NCBI GenBank assembly: GCA_963794325.1
Contig: CAWCDG010000004.1
Span: 576,001 to 640,000, forward strand
Reading direction: 5' to 3'
DNA length: 64,000 nt
From: an uncultured delta proteobacterium
GTDB lineage: Bacteria > Desulfobacterota > Binatia > Binatales > Binataceae
The position numbers and the translations under genes were made by a program. Every line of letters begins with the position of its first letter. Within the stretch, counting starts at the first letter, position 1. Of this stretch, positions 1 to 8,189 are shown piece by piece. The notes under the pieces were generated by a model. The model had not been told where the DNA came from. It saw nothing but the letters and a program-made list of their open reading frames with translations, and ran no database searches.

Positions 1-355
1 TGGCCTGCGCGTCGAACAGGCGCTGGCGTTCGGGGTCCTTGGTGATGTTGGCCTTGGCCTGGAATTTTTCCTTGCCGAGCTCGATCGTAACCGTCGGATT
101 GGCCTTCAGGTTGTGGTACCACGCGGGATGCGTCGGGAAGCCGCCCTTCGAAGCGATTATCACGATTCGATCGCCGTCCTTGGTGTAGACCAGCGGAGTG
201 GTAAAGGGCTTGCCGCTCTTGGCGCCGGTCGTCGTCAGCAGCAGCAGGGGCGCGTTCACGAAGGGGCCGCTGATCGCCTTGCCGCCATTGGCGCGGAATT
301 CCTGGATCAGGCCCTGGTTGAATTGATGCATCGCTTTTTCGTTGAACTCAGGCAT
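1..355 (-). CDS. Deazaflavin (F420)-dependent nitroreductase family protein (Ddn-like), 3' end runs off the window
   Basis: Not in ORF track; manual translation MPEFNEKAMHQFNQGLIQEFRANGG...LLLLTTTGAKSGKPFTTPL...IASKGGFPTHPAWYHNLKANP matches DDN family motifs; AGGAGA RBS upstream. Confidence 0.9.
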   Translation of the reverse strand, partial: MPEFNEKAMHQFNQGLIQEFRANGGKAISGPFVNAPLLLLTTTGAKSGKPFTTPLVYTKDGDRIVIIASKGGFPTHPAWYHNLKANPTVTIELGKEKFQAKANITKDPERQRLFDAQA

Positions 356-437
356 GGTGGTCTCCTTTTGTTTGCAGTTAAGCAGGGCGGTGGATGCGAG
401 CCAACCTAACCCTCACTCCGATGGGCCGGGAATTGGG

Positions 438-1625
438 TTAACGCGATTTGGGCATTTTGAGGCCGCGCTCGGCGATTATGTTTTTCTGGATATGCGAGGT
501 GCCGCCGCCGATTACCAGCCCGAGCGAGAACATCCACTCATACGGCCAGTAGGCGTGATCGAGTGCGGCTTCGTCGTCGCGCGCGACCATCGAGTAGTCG
601 CCCATCGCCTCCATCGCGGCGGTGGCGAGGTCATGATTCAGCTCGGTGCCAACGAGTTTGTTGATCATCGCCTCGACGCCGGGATTCTTGCCGCGAATCT
701 GATCGGTCAGCTGGCGCAGCGAGTGATAGCGCATCGCCTCGACGCGGATTTCCAGATCGACCAGCCGTTGGCGAAAGACCGGATCCTCGGTGAGCGGGCG
801 GCCGCCGCGCGTGATCGATTTGGCCAGCGCGAGCAGGCGATTGAAGCGCTGCTCGCTGCCGCTGGCGGAGCCGAGCATGTTGCGCTCGTGAAAGAGCGTA
901 GCGTTGGCGACGATCCATCCTTCGTTGAGTTTGGCGACCAGATTTTTGCGCGGCACGCGGACGTTGTCGAAGAAGACTTCGTTGAAGCCGCGATCGCCGG
1001 TCATCTGAACCAGCGGGCGCACCGTGATTCCGGGCGTGTGCATGTCGATCAGGATGTACGAAATGCCGCGATGCTTCGGCGCCTCGGAGTCGGTGCGCAC
1101 CAGGCAGAACATCATGTCGGCGTATTGCGCGCCCGAGGTCCAGACTTTCTGTCCGTTGACGACGAACTCATCGCCGACGATTTCCGCGCGGGTTTTCAGC
1201 GATGCGAGATCGGAGCCCGCTCCCGGCTCCGAATAACCCTGGCACCAGATTTCCTCCGCGGTCAGAATTTTCGGCAGGTAGCGCTGCTTCTGTTCCTCGC
1301 TGCCCCACGATATAAGCGTCGGCCCGAGCATCCCAAGTCCCGAACCGCCAACCAGATACGGCGCCTTCGCGCGCACCATCTCGTCGTTGAGGATCGACTG
1401 GCGCACCGGATCCATCGCCTGCCCGCCGTATTCCTTCGGCCATGCCAGCGCGACGTAGCCGGCTTCGTGCAAGCGGCGCTGCCATGCCTTCGCGCGCGTG
1501 AGCCACGTCTTGTCGTCGCGGCCCTCGCGATCGGCGGAGAGGCCGCTGGTCGGCATGTTCTCGGCGAGCCAGCCGCGCACCTTTGATCGAAATGCTTCTT
1601 CTTCGGGCGTGAATTGAAGATCCAT
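438..1625 (-). CDS. Acyl-CoA dehydrogenase family protein
   Basis: WCQGYSEPGAGSDLASL, NGQKVWTS and IGGGTSHIQKNII motifs; start MDLQF with AGGAG RBS. Confidence 0.93.
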   Translation of the reverse strand: MDLQFTPEEEAFRSKVRGWLAENMPTSGLSADREGRDDKTWLTRAKAWQRRLHEAGYVALAWPKEYGGQAMDPVRQSILNDEMVRAKAPYLVGGSGLGMLGPTLISWGSEEQKQRYLPKILTAEEIWCQGYSEPGAGSDLASLKTRAEIVGDEFVVNGQKVWTSGAQYADMMFCLVRTDSEAPKHRGISYILIDMHTPGITVRPLVQMTGDRGFNEVFFDNVRVPRKNLVAKLNEGWIVANATLFHERNMLGSASGSEQRFNRLLALAKSITRGGRPLTEDPVFRQRLVDLEIRVEAMRYHSLRQLTDQIRGKNPGVEAMINKLVGTELNHDLATAAMEAMGDYSMVARDDEAALDHAYWPYEWMFSLGLVIGGGTSHIQKNIIAERGLKMPKSR

Positions 1626-1815
1626 GTGCGCTCCTGCGGTCGTGACAGCGTTCAGCCGGTACCGCGGCTTCGCACCCAGCATAGTCAAAACCGCGGCCAC
1701 GCGAAAAGCGCATCGCGCCTATCGCACGATGAACAGAGTTGTGACCGATTGCCCGCTGAAATCAGCGTTGTTAGAGTTTGAGGTTGATCAGCTCGATATA
1801 CCGGGGTCCACATAG

Positions 1816-2655
1816 ATGGCGACGACGATCACAAGCGAATGTATCAACTGCGGAGCGTGCGAGCCGGAGTGTCCGAACACGGCGATTTACGCGGGCGGCG
1901 TGCCGTGGGAGCTTAACGGCGCAACCAGTCCCGCGATCGCGCAGGATATCTATTATATCGTCCCGTCAAAATGTACCGAATGCGTCGGCTTCCATGACCA
2001 TGAAGCGTGCGCAGCGGTGTGCCCGGTAGATTGCTGCATTCCCGATCCTGCGAATCTCGAGACTGAAGGGATCCTGCTTCAGCGTGCCCGCGAGTTGCAT
2101 CCTGAGACGACATTTCCCGACGACGCACCGTCGCGGTTCCGCAAGGAAGGTGCGAGCGCCGAAGCGCCCGCAGCCAACGGCGCAGCAGTCGAATCCACAC
2201 CAGCTCCCAAACCTGCGGCGGCTGCGGTGGCGGCCGCGAAACCTGCGCCCTTGGCTCCGGCAGCAGCCGTGGCATCTTCAGCGTCGAGCGCGGAATTCAA
2301 CCCGCTCGCATGGGAAGTCCCCGTCATCTGCAAAGATTGCAACGAGCCATGGACGATCCCGTATCGGCTGTTCGAAAAAGGCGTCGTGTTCCATTGCCCG
2401 TACTGCTCGGGATCGTTCGTGCCGAAAACCGCGATGTACCGCGCGGTGAAAGAAACCTTCGAGGGCTTCTACAATCGCCGGCGCGCGGATCGCGAAGCCT
2501 TCGATCGCAAACGCGCGCGCGAGGCCGCGACATTCGAAGCGAAGCAGGCGGCCGAGATGGAAGCCTTCAAGCAGAAGCTCGAGCAGTTGGCGCAGTCGAT
2601 GAAGCCGGCGGGCAAGCTGGTGAAGCCGACCGGCATCGCGTCGATGTTCACGTAG
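1816..2655 (+). CDS. YfhL-type 2x[4Fe-4S] ferredoxin fused via Ala/Pro linker to a CxxC..CxxC zinc-ribbon/coiled-coil domain
   Basis: CINCGACEPECP and CTECVGF..CAAVCPVDC motifs; later CKDC and CPYC. Confidence 0.85.
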   Translation: MATTITSECINCGACEPECPNTAIYAGGVPWELNGATSPAIAQDIYYIVPSKCTECVGFHDHEACAAVCPVDCCIPDPANLETEGILLQRARELHPETTFPDDAPSRFRKEGASAEAPAANGAAVESTPAPKPAAAAVAAAKPAPLAPAAAVASSASSAEFNPLAWEVPVICKDCNEPWTIPYRLFEKGVVFHCPYCSGSFVPKTAMYRAVKETFEGFYNRRRADREAFDRKRAREAATFEAKQAAEMEAFKQKLEQLAQSMKPAGKLVKPTGIASMFT

Positions 2656-2672
2656 GAAGCAGAACCGATTGA

Positions 2673-2970
2673 AATGAAACCCCTCCTGGGTTTCAAACTT
2701 CCCTGGGCAGGGTTAAACCCTGCACCTTAGAATTAAGATGCGGGACTTCGTCCCTGTTCGAACTAGTTGGGAGACCTTTCCCGCGGTGGCGACTTAGTCG
2801 CCAGCCGCTTACTTGGCGAGGCAAAGAGGAGACGCCGTAATGCCTCGCTTCGCTCGAGAAACACGCCAAAAAAGGTTCTAACAGGGACGAAGTCCCGCAT
2901 CTTTCTTAATTCTAAGGTGCAGGGTTTAACGCTGCCCAAGGAAGCGTGAAACCCACGGAGGGGTTTCACT
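2673..2970. repeat. Inverted pair of ~90-95 bp REP-like repeats (REPIN/MITE-like) around a ~110 bp spacer
   Basis: ~2673-2763 is the imperfect reverse complement of ~2874-2970; core GTGAAACCC..GGGTTTCAC..GGCAGG..CCCTGCACC recurs near 53171 and 56362. Confidence 0.85.
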
Positions 2971-2986
2971 ACAATCAAGTTCCCTT

Positions 2987-4216
2987 CTACCCCAGCGCCG
3001 GGACGTCGAACGCGTAGCCGTGACGTTTTAGTTGTTCGCGGATTGCTTCGATGTGGGCGGGGCCGCGGGTTTCGAGTTCCAGCATCACGCGCGCGCCGCC
3101 GATTGCGATGTCGCGACGCGTGCGATCGTGATCGATCGCGCGGACATTCGCGCCGGTCGCCGCTACCATCGAGACCAGCTTGCCGAGCTCGCCGGGGCGA
3201 TCGCGCAAATCGACGGCGACTCGGAAAAGACGCCCGACCTTGACCAGTCCGTGACCGATGATCCGATCGAGGACGTTGGTGTCGATGTTTCCGCCGCTCA
3301 CTACCAGGACTACAGTTTTGCCTTTCAGCTCGTTCTTGAGTTTGAGTGCGCCTGCGAGCGCTGCGGCGCCGGCGCCTTCAGCAAGAAGTTTCAGGCGTTC
3401 GAGCATCAGCAGGACGGCCTCGCCTATCTCGAAATCATCGACCGTGACGGCGCGCGTGACGCGACCGCGCATCACCTCGAACGGAATCGCGCCGATACGG
3501 CCGGTGGCGAGACCGTCGGCGATCGTATCGACTGGACGGCCGATCGACGCGGCCGCATCCGCGGCGAGACTCGCGGACAACTGGGGCGAGCCGGCAGCCT
3601 CGACACCGATCACTTCGGCGCTGGGCACGCGAATCGCCAGCGCAGCCGCGACTCCCGCAATCAATCCACCGCCGCCAACCGGGACGATTACGAAGTCGGG
3701 GGTAACTTCGTCGGCGATTTCCAATCCTACTGTGCCTTGCCCGGCGATCACTTCAGCATCGTCGTATGCGTCGATGAAGGCACTGCCGCGATCGGCGCAC
3801 ATTTTCACCGCGGCCGCGCGCGCCTCCTGGTAGTCGACGCCTTCGAGCACCACCGACTGGCCGTAGCTGCGGGTCGCGTCGATCTTCGCGATGGCGGCCG
3901 TCGTCGGCATTACGATTGTCGCGATGATACCCGCGCGAGTTGCGGCATAGGCAAGTGCCTGGCCGTGATTGCCCGCGCTCGCGGCCACGACGCCGCGCGA
4001 TTTCTGCTCATCGGTGAGCGTCGCAAGCCGGTTGTAAGCTCCGCGAATTTTGAACGAGCCGGTCTTCTGCAAATTTTCGGGCTTGATGAACACGTGCGCG
4101 TCGAGGATTCGATCGAGCGTCGAACTGCGCATGAGCGGCGTAGGCTTGATGATGCCGGCGAGACGGCGGCGCGCCTCTTCGATTTTCGTAGGGATCATCG
4201 AGCGCGTGGACGGCAT
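2987..4216 (-). CDS. ilvA: Threonine ammonia-lyase with C-terminal ACT domain
   Basis: KPENLQKTGSFKIRGA PLP lysine motif, SAGNH, VGGGGL, SGGNID; ACT DRPGEL; start may be 4198. Confidence 0.92.
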   Translation of the reverse strand: MPSTRSMIPTKIEEARRRLAGIIKPTPLMRSSTLDRILDAHVFIKPENLQKTGSFKIRGAYNRLATLTDEQKSRGVVAASAGNHGQALAYAATRAGIIATIVMPTTAAIAKIDATRSYGQSVVLEGVDYQEARAAAVKMCADRGSAFIDAYDDAEVIAGQGTVGLEIADEVTPDFVIVPVGGGGLIAGVAAALAIRVPSAEVIGVEAAGSPQLSASLAADAAASIGRPVDTIADGLATGRIGAIPFEVMRGRVTRAVTVDDFEIGEAVLLMLERLKLLAEGAGAAALAGALKLKNELKGKTVVLVVSGGNIDTNVLDRIIGHGLVKVGRLFRVAVDLRDRPGELGKLVSMVAATGANVRAIDHDRTRRDIAIGGARVMLELETRGPAHIEAIREQLKRHGYAFDVPALG

Positions 4217-4224
4217 CGGAAGAT

Positions 4225-4575
4225 CTAATGGTGCGAGGCCGGAGTGAATTGTCGCGGGGCGATCGCACCAAATGAATCGCCGTCGAAATCGATTTGGGTG
4301 CAGGCGCCGGTCTTGTAGTCGAGGTCGAGCAAGAGGTTGCGGATGGCGCGCCGCTTGATCGAGGCGATCAATGTGGCAACAGCAGCTGGATCGGCAGTTG
4401 AGATCGCCGCTACTTCAGAGGCGTCGAGATTGCTGACGTGGCAGAACTCGCGTGCTTTGTCTTCGCTCGAGAACGCGACTACGCCCGCCCACGTCGCACC
4501 TTTCTCCTGAAAGACGATCAGCGCGCCCGCGGAATCGAGAAGGAGATAAATCTCTTGCGGCAACGAAGAACTCAC
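4225..4575 (-). CDS. Hypothetical protein
   Basis: 116-aa ORF with host-like codon usage; start overlaps the stop of the upstream ORF (GTGA). Confidence 0.7.
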   Translation of the reverse strand: MSSSLPQEIYLLLDSAGALIVFQEKGATWAGVVAFSSEDKAREFCHVSNLDASEVAAISTADPAAVATLIASIKRRAIRNLLLDLDYKTGACTQIDFDGDSFGAIAPRQFTPASHH

Positions 4576-4910
4576 GTGCCTTCGACTCTGAGCTTGCCGG
4601 TGCGAATTGCCGCCGCGCGCTCACGGACCAGCGCGGGATATGTGTAGTAGTGATCGCCGCTCAAGTGCAGGAACGAGTCGATGTCGACGTCGTCGAGATC
4701 GAGCTCCGCGATCGCGCGCTCGGCGGACTTGCGGTCGGGAGCCTTCACGATCGAGTCGTAGAGCGCGCGGCCTTGCGCGGACTGGAAGTCCTCGCGCGGT
4801 GGAAGTCCATCGGCGCCGAGTTTGCCTGAATGAAAGTTGTCAAGAATGAAGCGCAACGCTTTCAGTTCGTGGCGCAGGATGTCGATAGGTTTCAGTGAAT
4901 CGCGCGGCAT
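4572..4910 (-). CDS. Hypothetical helical protein (weak DnaB N-terminal-like motif)
   Basis: 112-aa ORF; LPPREDFQSAQGRALYDSI resembles the LxPEDFxxxxHxxIF helix. Confidence 0.7.
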   Translation of the reverse strand: MPRDSLKPIDILRHELKALRFILDNFHSGKLGADGLPPREDFQSAQGRALYDSIVKAPDRKSAERAIAELDLDDVDIDSFLHLSGDHYYTYPALVRERAAAIRTGKLRVEGT

Positions 4911-4947
4911 ACCCGCGAGCTTATCGCCGCGAGTTATCGTGATTCAA

Positions 4948-5784
4948 TCAGTCGCCCTTGATCAGGCGATGGATCGCGCTCAGGTGGCGCTGCGAGTCGC
5001 GTTTGCGGCCGGCCGCTTCGTACATCTCGGCTGCGTTGCGATGCGCTTCGACATTGGCGGGATCGCATTCGAGCGTGCGCTGAAAACTCCGCAGCGCGTT
5101 CTGATACTCTTCTTTTTTTCGATAGAGGAGACCGAGCTTCAGATGCACCTCGGCGCTGGCGGGAACGATAGCGGCGGCGCCCAGCAGATGACGCAACGCG
5201 CCGGCCAGATCTCCTTCACGTTCGAGCAGTGTGGCGAGGCGCATGTGCGCCTCGAAGTTGCCAGGTTCACGACCGACCAGCTCGCTGTAGATTGTCAGAG
5301 CTTTAAGCGGATCCTCGTCAGCAACCCGGCGTGCTTCTTCGAAACGCTCTCGCACCCGGGCCGGCCCGAAACTGTCCTCGAGTTTGCCGGGCTGATAGCT
5401 GCGATCGAAGTCGAAGATCAACTGTCCCGTCTCAACCTCGATGAGCGAGGGACCGTCGCGCACGACGATGCGGCCTTCATCGTTAACCAGTTTCAGCGAG
5501 GTGACCGAGCGATCCGGATCGACGAGCGTACGCACCCGCTCGAGAGTCCGCTGAATCGGATCGATATGCTGGCGTGAGCCGAGCAGTTCCTTGGCCAGGC
5601 GCATCTCGAGCAGATCGTTGAACGCGAACCGATAATTGCGGCCGCCGAGATTCAGCGGGCGCACGAGATTGCGCTTGACCCAGTAGCGAATACGCTCGGG
5701 CGTGACCGCGAGAATCCTCGCAGCCGTGCGCGTGGAAAAAGTCTCGCCCCCGCCGCCCGCCTCTGCCGTCATCTTCACCACCAA
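4948..5784 (-). CDS. MerR-type HTH plus tetratricopeptide repeat protein
   Basis: AARILAVTPERIRYW..LVRP..YRF HTH; TPR-like helices (EAHMRLA, EVHLKLG, EAHRNAA). Confidence 0.85.
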   Translation of the reverse strand: MVVKMTAEAGGGGETFSTRTAARILAVTPERIRYWVKRNLVRPLNLGGRNYRFAFNDLLEMRLAKELLGSRQHIDPIQRTLERVRTLVDPDRSVTSLKLVNDEGRIVVRDGPSLIEVETGQLIFDFDRSYQPGKLEDSFGPARVRERFEEARRVADEDPLKALTIYSELVGREPGNFEAHMRLATLLEREGDLAGALRHLLGAAAIVPASAEVHLKLGLLYRKKEEYQNALRSFQRTLECDPANVEAHRNAAEMYEAAGRKRDSQRHLSAIHRLIKGD

Positions 5785-5865
5785 CGCCGACGAGTATAGG
5801 GAGTCGCGGGCATGCTCTCAACGAGGCGTGCGCGGTTTCTTAACACCTGTGGAGTGATCAGCGTG

Positions 5866-6279
5866 CTAGCCGCGAATTTCCTTGAGTACGCGAATAACAC
5901 CGACTACTGCGTTGACGCCGTTTTTTGCGTTTTCGATTCGCGCAACGGCCTGCTCGTCGGTCATCGCGGGTCCGATGATCGAGAGGCCGACGGGCTTGTC
6001 GAACTCGAGCGACAGCTCGATGCCGGCGCGGGCGATCGCATGCGCGATCACTTCATCGTGATTAGTCTCGCCCTTGATCACTGCGCCAATCATCACGACG
6101 CCTTCGATTTCCTTGCGCTGCAGCAGAGCTTTCACGACCGACGCCATGTCGTACACACCGGGGACGCGGACTACTCGCGCGACTTCGACGCCGAGCGACT
6201 CGGCATGGCGGCGCGCCCGCTGTTCCATCGGGGTGGTCACCTCGGAGTTGAACTCTGAAACTACGAACGCGATTTTCAT
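5866..6279 (-). CDS. ribH: 6,7-dimethyl-8-ribityllumazine synthase
   Basis: [29 protein letters not shown] motifs; ATG overlaps hisF stop (ATGA). Confidence 0.9.
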   Translation of the reverse strand: MKIAFVVSEFNSEVTTPMEQRARRHAESLGVEVARVVRVPGVYDMASVVKALLQRKEIEGVVMIGAVIKGETNHDEVIAHAIARAGIELSLEFDKPVGLSIIGPAMTDEQAVARIENAKNGVNAVVGVIRVLKEIRG

Positions 6280-7085
6280 ATTTTCACTGAGGAATCCAGG
6301 TCCACGCTGACGGCGTCGCGAATCTCGACGCCGTTGCCTTTGAGATATGACTTCAACGCGGGAATCGGATGCTCGCCGTAGTGAACGATCGATGCGACGA
6401 TAGCGGCGTCGGCCACTCCCGCGGTGAACGCGTCGCGCAGATGTGCCGGCTCGCCCGCGCCGCCCGACGCGATCACCGGAATCGAAACTGCCTCGCTGAT
6501 GCGGCGGGTGATCTCGAGATCGTAGCCGAGCTTGGTGCCGTCGCGATCGATCGAGTTGATGCACAGCTCGCCGGCGCCGAGGCGTTGACCCTCGAGCGAC
6601 CATGCCAGCGCGTCGCGGCCGGTCGGCTGGCGTCCGCCGTCGATCACGACTTCGTAACCGGTCGGCACTTCGTGACGGACGCCGGTTTTTTTCACTTGCA
6701 TCGAGAGCACGATGCACTGGCTGCCGAACGCGCGCGCGCCCTCGGAGATCAGCGCCGGATCGCGGACCGCGCCGGAGTCGATCGAGACTTTCTCTGCGCC
6801 CGCGAGCAGGACGGCGCGCATGTCTTCGAGAGAGCGGAGTCCGCCGCCGACGCTGAACGGAATGAAAATCTCGCGAGCTACCGCGCGAACCACGTCGAGC
6901 ATGATACCGCGGCGCTCGTTGGACGCGGTGATGTCGTAGAAGACGATCTCATCGGCGCCTTCGGTGTAGTAGTAACGCGCCATCGCAACCGGATCGCCGA
7001 CATCGACGTTCTTCAGGAACTGCACACCCTTGGTGACCTTGCCGTCGCGAACGTCGAGGCATGGGATGATTCGCTTCGCAAGCAT
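6276..7085 (-). CDS. hisF: Imidazole glycerol phosphate synthase cyclase subunit
   Basis: [40 protein letters not shown]. Confidence 0.96.
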   Translation of the reverse strand: MLAKRIIPCLDVRDGKVTKGVQFLKNVDVGDPVAMARYYYTEGADEIVFYDITASNERRGIMLDVVRAVAREIFIPFSVGGGLRSLEDMRAVLLAGAEKVSIDSGAVRDPALISEGARAFGSQCIVLSMQVKKTGVRHEVPTGYEVVIDGGRQPTGRDALAWSLEGQRLGAGELCINSIDRDGTKLGYDLEITRRISEAVSIPVIASGGAGEPAHLRDAFTAGVADAAIVASIVHYGEHPIPALKSYLKGNGVEIRDAVSVDLDSSVKI

Positions 7086-7087
7086 CG

Positions 7088-7708
7088 TCAGAAATCCAAC
7101 CGGCAGAAGTTGTCGAGCAGCTTGAGGCCGGCGGCGCCACTTTTTTCGAGATGGAATTGAGTGGCGATCACGTTGTCGCGCGCGACCGCCGCAGTGAATG
7201 GAACGCCGTAGTCGCACGTGCCGATCGCGATCGATGGGTCGTCGGGAATCGGATAATAGGAATTGACGAAATAGAAGTGGGTGTTGTCGGGCACGCCGGC
7301 GAAGACGCGATGCGGCCGCGCCTGGCGGACGCGGTTCCATCCGATTTGCGGAACCTTCAGGGGGCGGCCGTCGAGCGACCGCGGATAACGAACGACGCGA
7401 CCGGCGAGAATGCCGAGGCATTCGGCGCTGTCCTCTTCGCTGCGATCGAACAGCACCTGGATCCCGATGCAGATGCCGAGGAAGGGCTTGCCGGCGCGTG
7501 CGACATCGTTGCGCAGAACTTCGACGAGTCCGAGCGCGCGCAGATTTTCCATCGTGGCGCCGGCCGCGCCGACGCCGGGAAGGATCACGCGGTCCGCGGC
7601 GACGATGCGCTCGGGGCGATCGGTAATCTCGGATTTGTGGCCGAGGAATTCGAGCGCGCGCTGAACGCTGGTCAGGTTGCCGGCCTTGTAATCGACGATT
7701 GCAATCAT
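7088..7708 (-). CDS. hisH: Imidazole glycerol phosphate synthase glutaminase subunit
   Basis: [33 protein letters not shown]. Confidence 0.95.
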   Translation of the reverse strand: MIAIVDYKAGNLTSVQRALEFLGHKSEITDRPERIVAADRVILPGVGAAGATMENLRALGLVEVLRNDVARAGKPFLGICIGIQVLFDRSEEDSAECLGILAGRVVRYPRSLDGRPLKVPQIGWNRVRQARPHRVFAGVPDNTHFYFVNSYYPIPDDPSIAIGTCDYGVPFTAAVARDNVIATQFHLEKSGAAGLKLLDNFCRLDF

Positions 7709-7728
7709 CGCTGGAATCCAGAGAAAGC

Positions 7729-7761
7729 GATCATAGCTGGAGTCGTATCGCCACCCAAGGC
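7729..7761 (-). promoter_or_regulatory. Putative sigma70 promoter of hisH (copy 1 of a 33-bp direct repeat)
   Basis: Minus strand TTGGGT-N17-TATGAT; 31/33 identical to 8123-8155. Confidence 0.6.
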
Positions 7762-7811
7762 ATCCAGGTCGGCATCGTCGAAGAGTCGTGCGTCTTGCGG
7801 AAGTGGAGATC

Positions 7812-8117
7812 TCAGTCCGGATTCTTGCCTTCGACCGAGTTCTCAAGAACCGCGCCAGTCTTCGCGTCGATTCCGACTTCGTGCTTCTCAGTGTGGTGGC
7901 GAATGACGAACGAGTATCGGAGTCCGCTGCCGCCGGATTCCTTTTCGAGTTCCTCAGAGACGATCTTCCCCGGAAAGGTCTTAAGCGCGGTTTCGCGAGC
8001 CTGCGGCAGCGTTACGCTCGCCTCGGGAAGATACTTTTCACCGTCAAAGGCAAAGGCAGTCCCAGACAAAACCGTCGCAATCAGAGTGCCGATCAATACT
8101 CTACGATATGCAGCCAT
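7812..8117 (-). CDS. Secreted PepSY domain protein
   Basis: Signal peptide then QARETALKTFPGKIVSEELE...YSF...EVGIDAKTGAVL. Confidence 0.88.
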   Translation of the reverse strand: MAAYRRVLIGTLIATVLSGTAFAFDGEKYLPEASVTLPQARETALKTFPGKIVSEELEKESGGSGLRYSFVIRHHTEKHEVGIDAKTGAVLENSVEGKNPD

Positions 8118-8122
8118 GATCG

Positions 8123-8155
8123 GATCATAGCTGGAGTCGCATCGACACCCAAGGC
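8123..8155 (-). promoter_or_regulatory. Putative sigma70 promoter of the PepSY gene (copy 2 of the 33-bp repeat), probably leaderless
   Basis: TTGGGT-N17-TATGAT followed by 6 nt then ATG, no SD. Confidence 0.6.
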
Positions 8156-8189
8156 GGCGGGTGCAGGCTGACGAAGAGCGAATCGCGAT

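Noticed and set aside
342-1586. Long opposite-strand ORFs (also 3032-4228, 8424-10238, 16276-17595, 25568-26791, 51773-53287)
   Set aside because: Shadow ORFs antisense to well-supported genes, expected in high-GC DNA; no recognisable motifs
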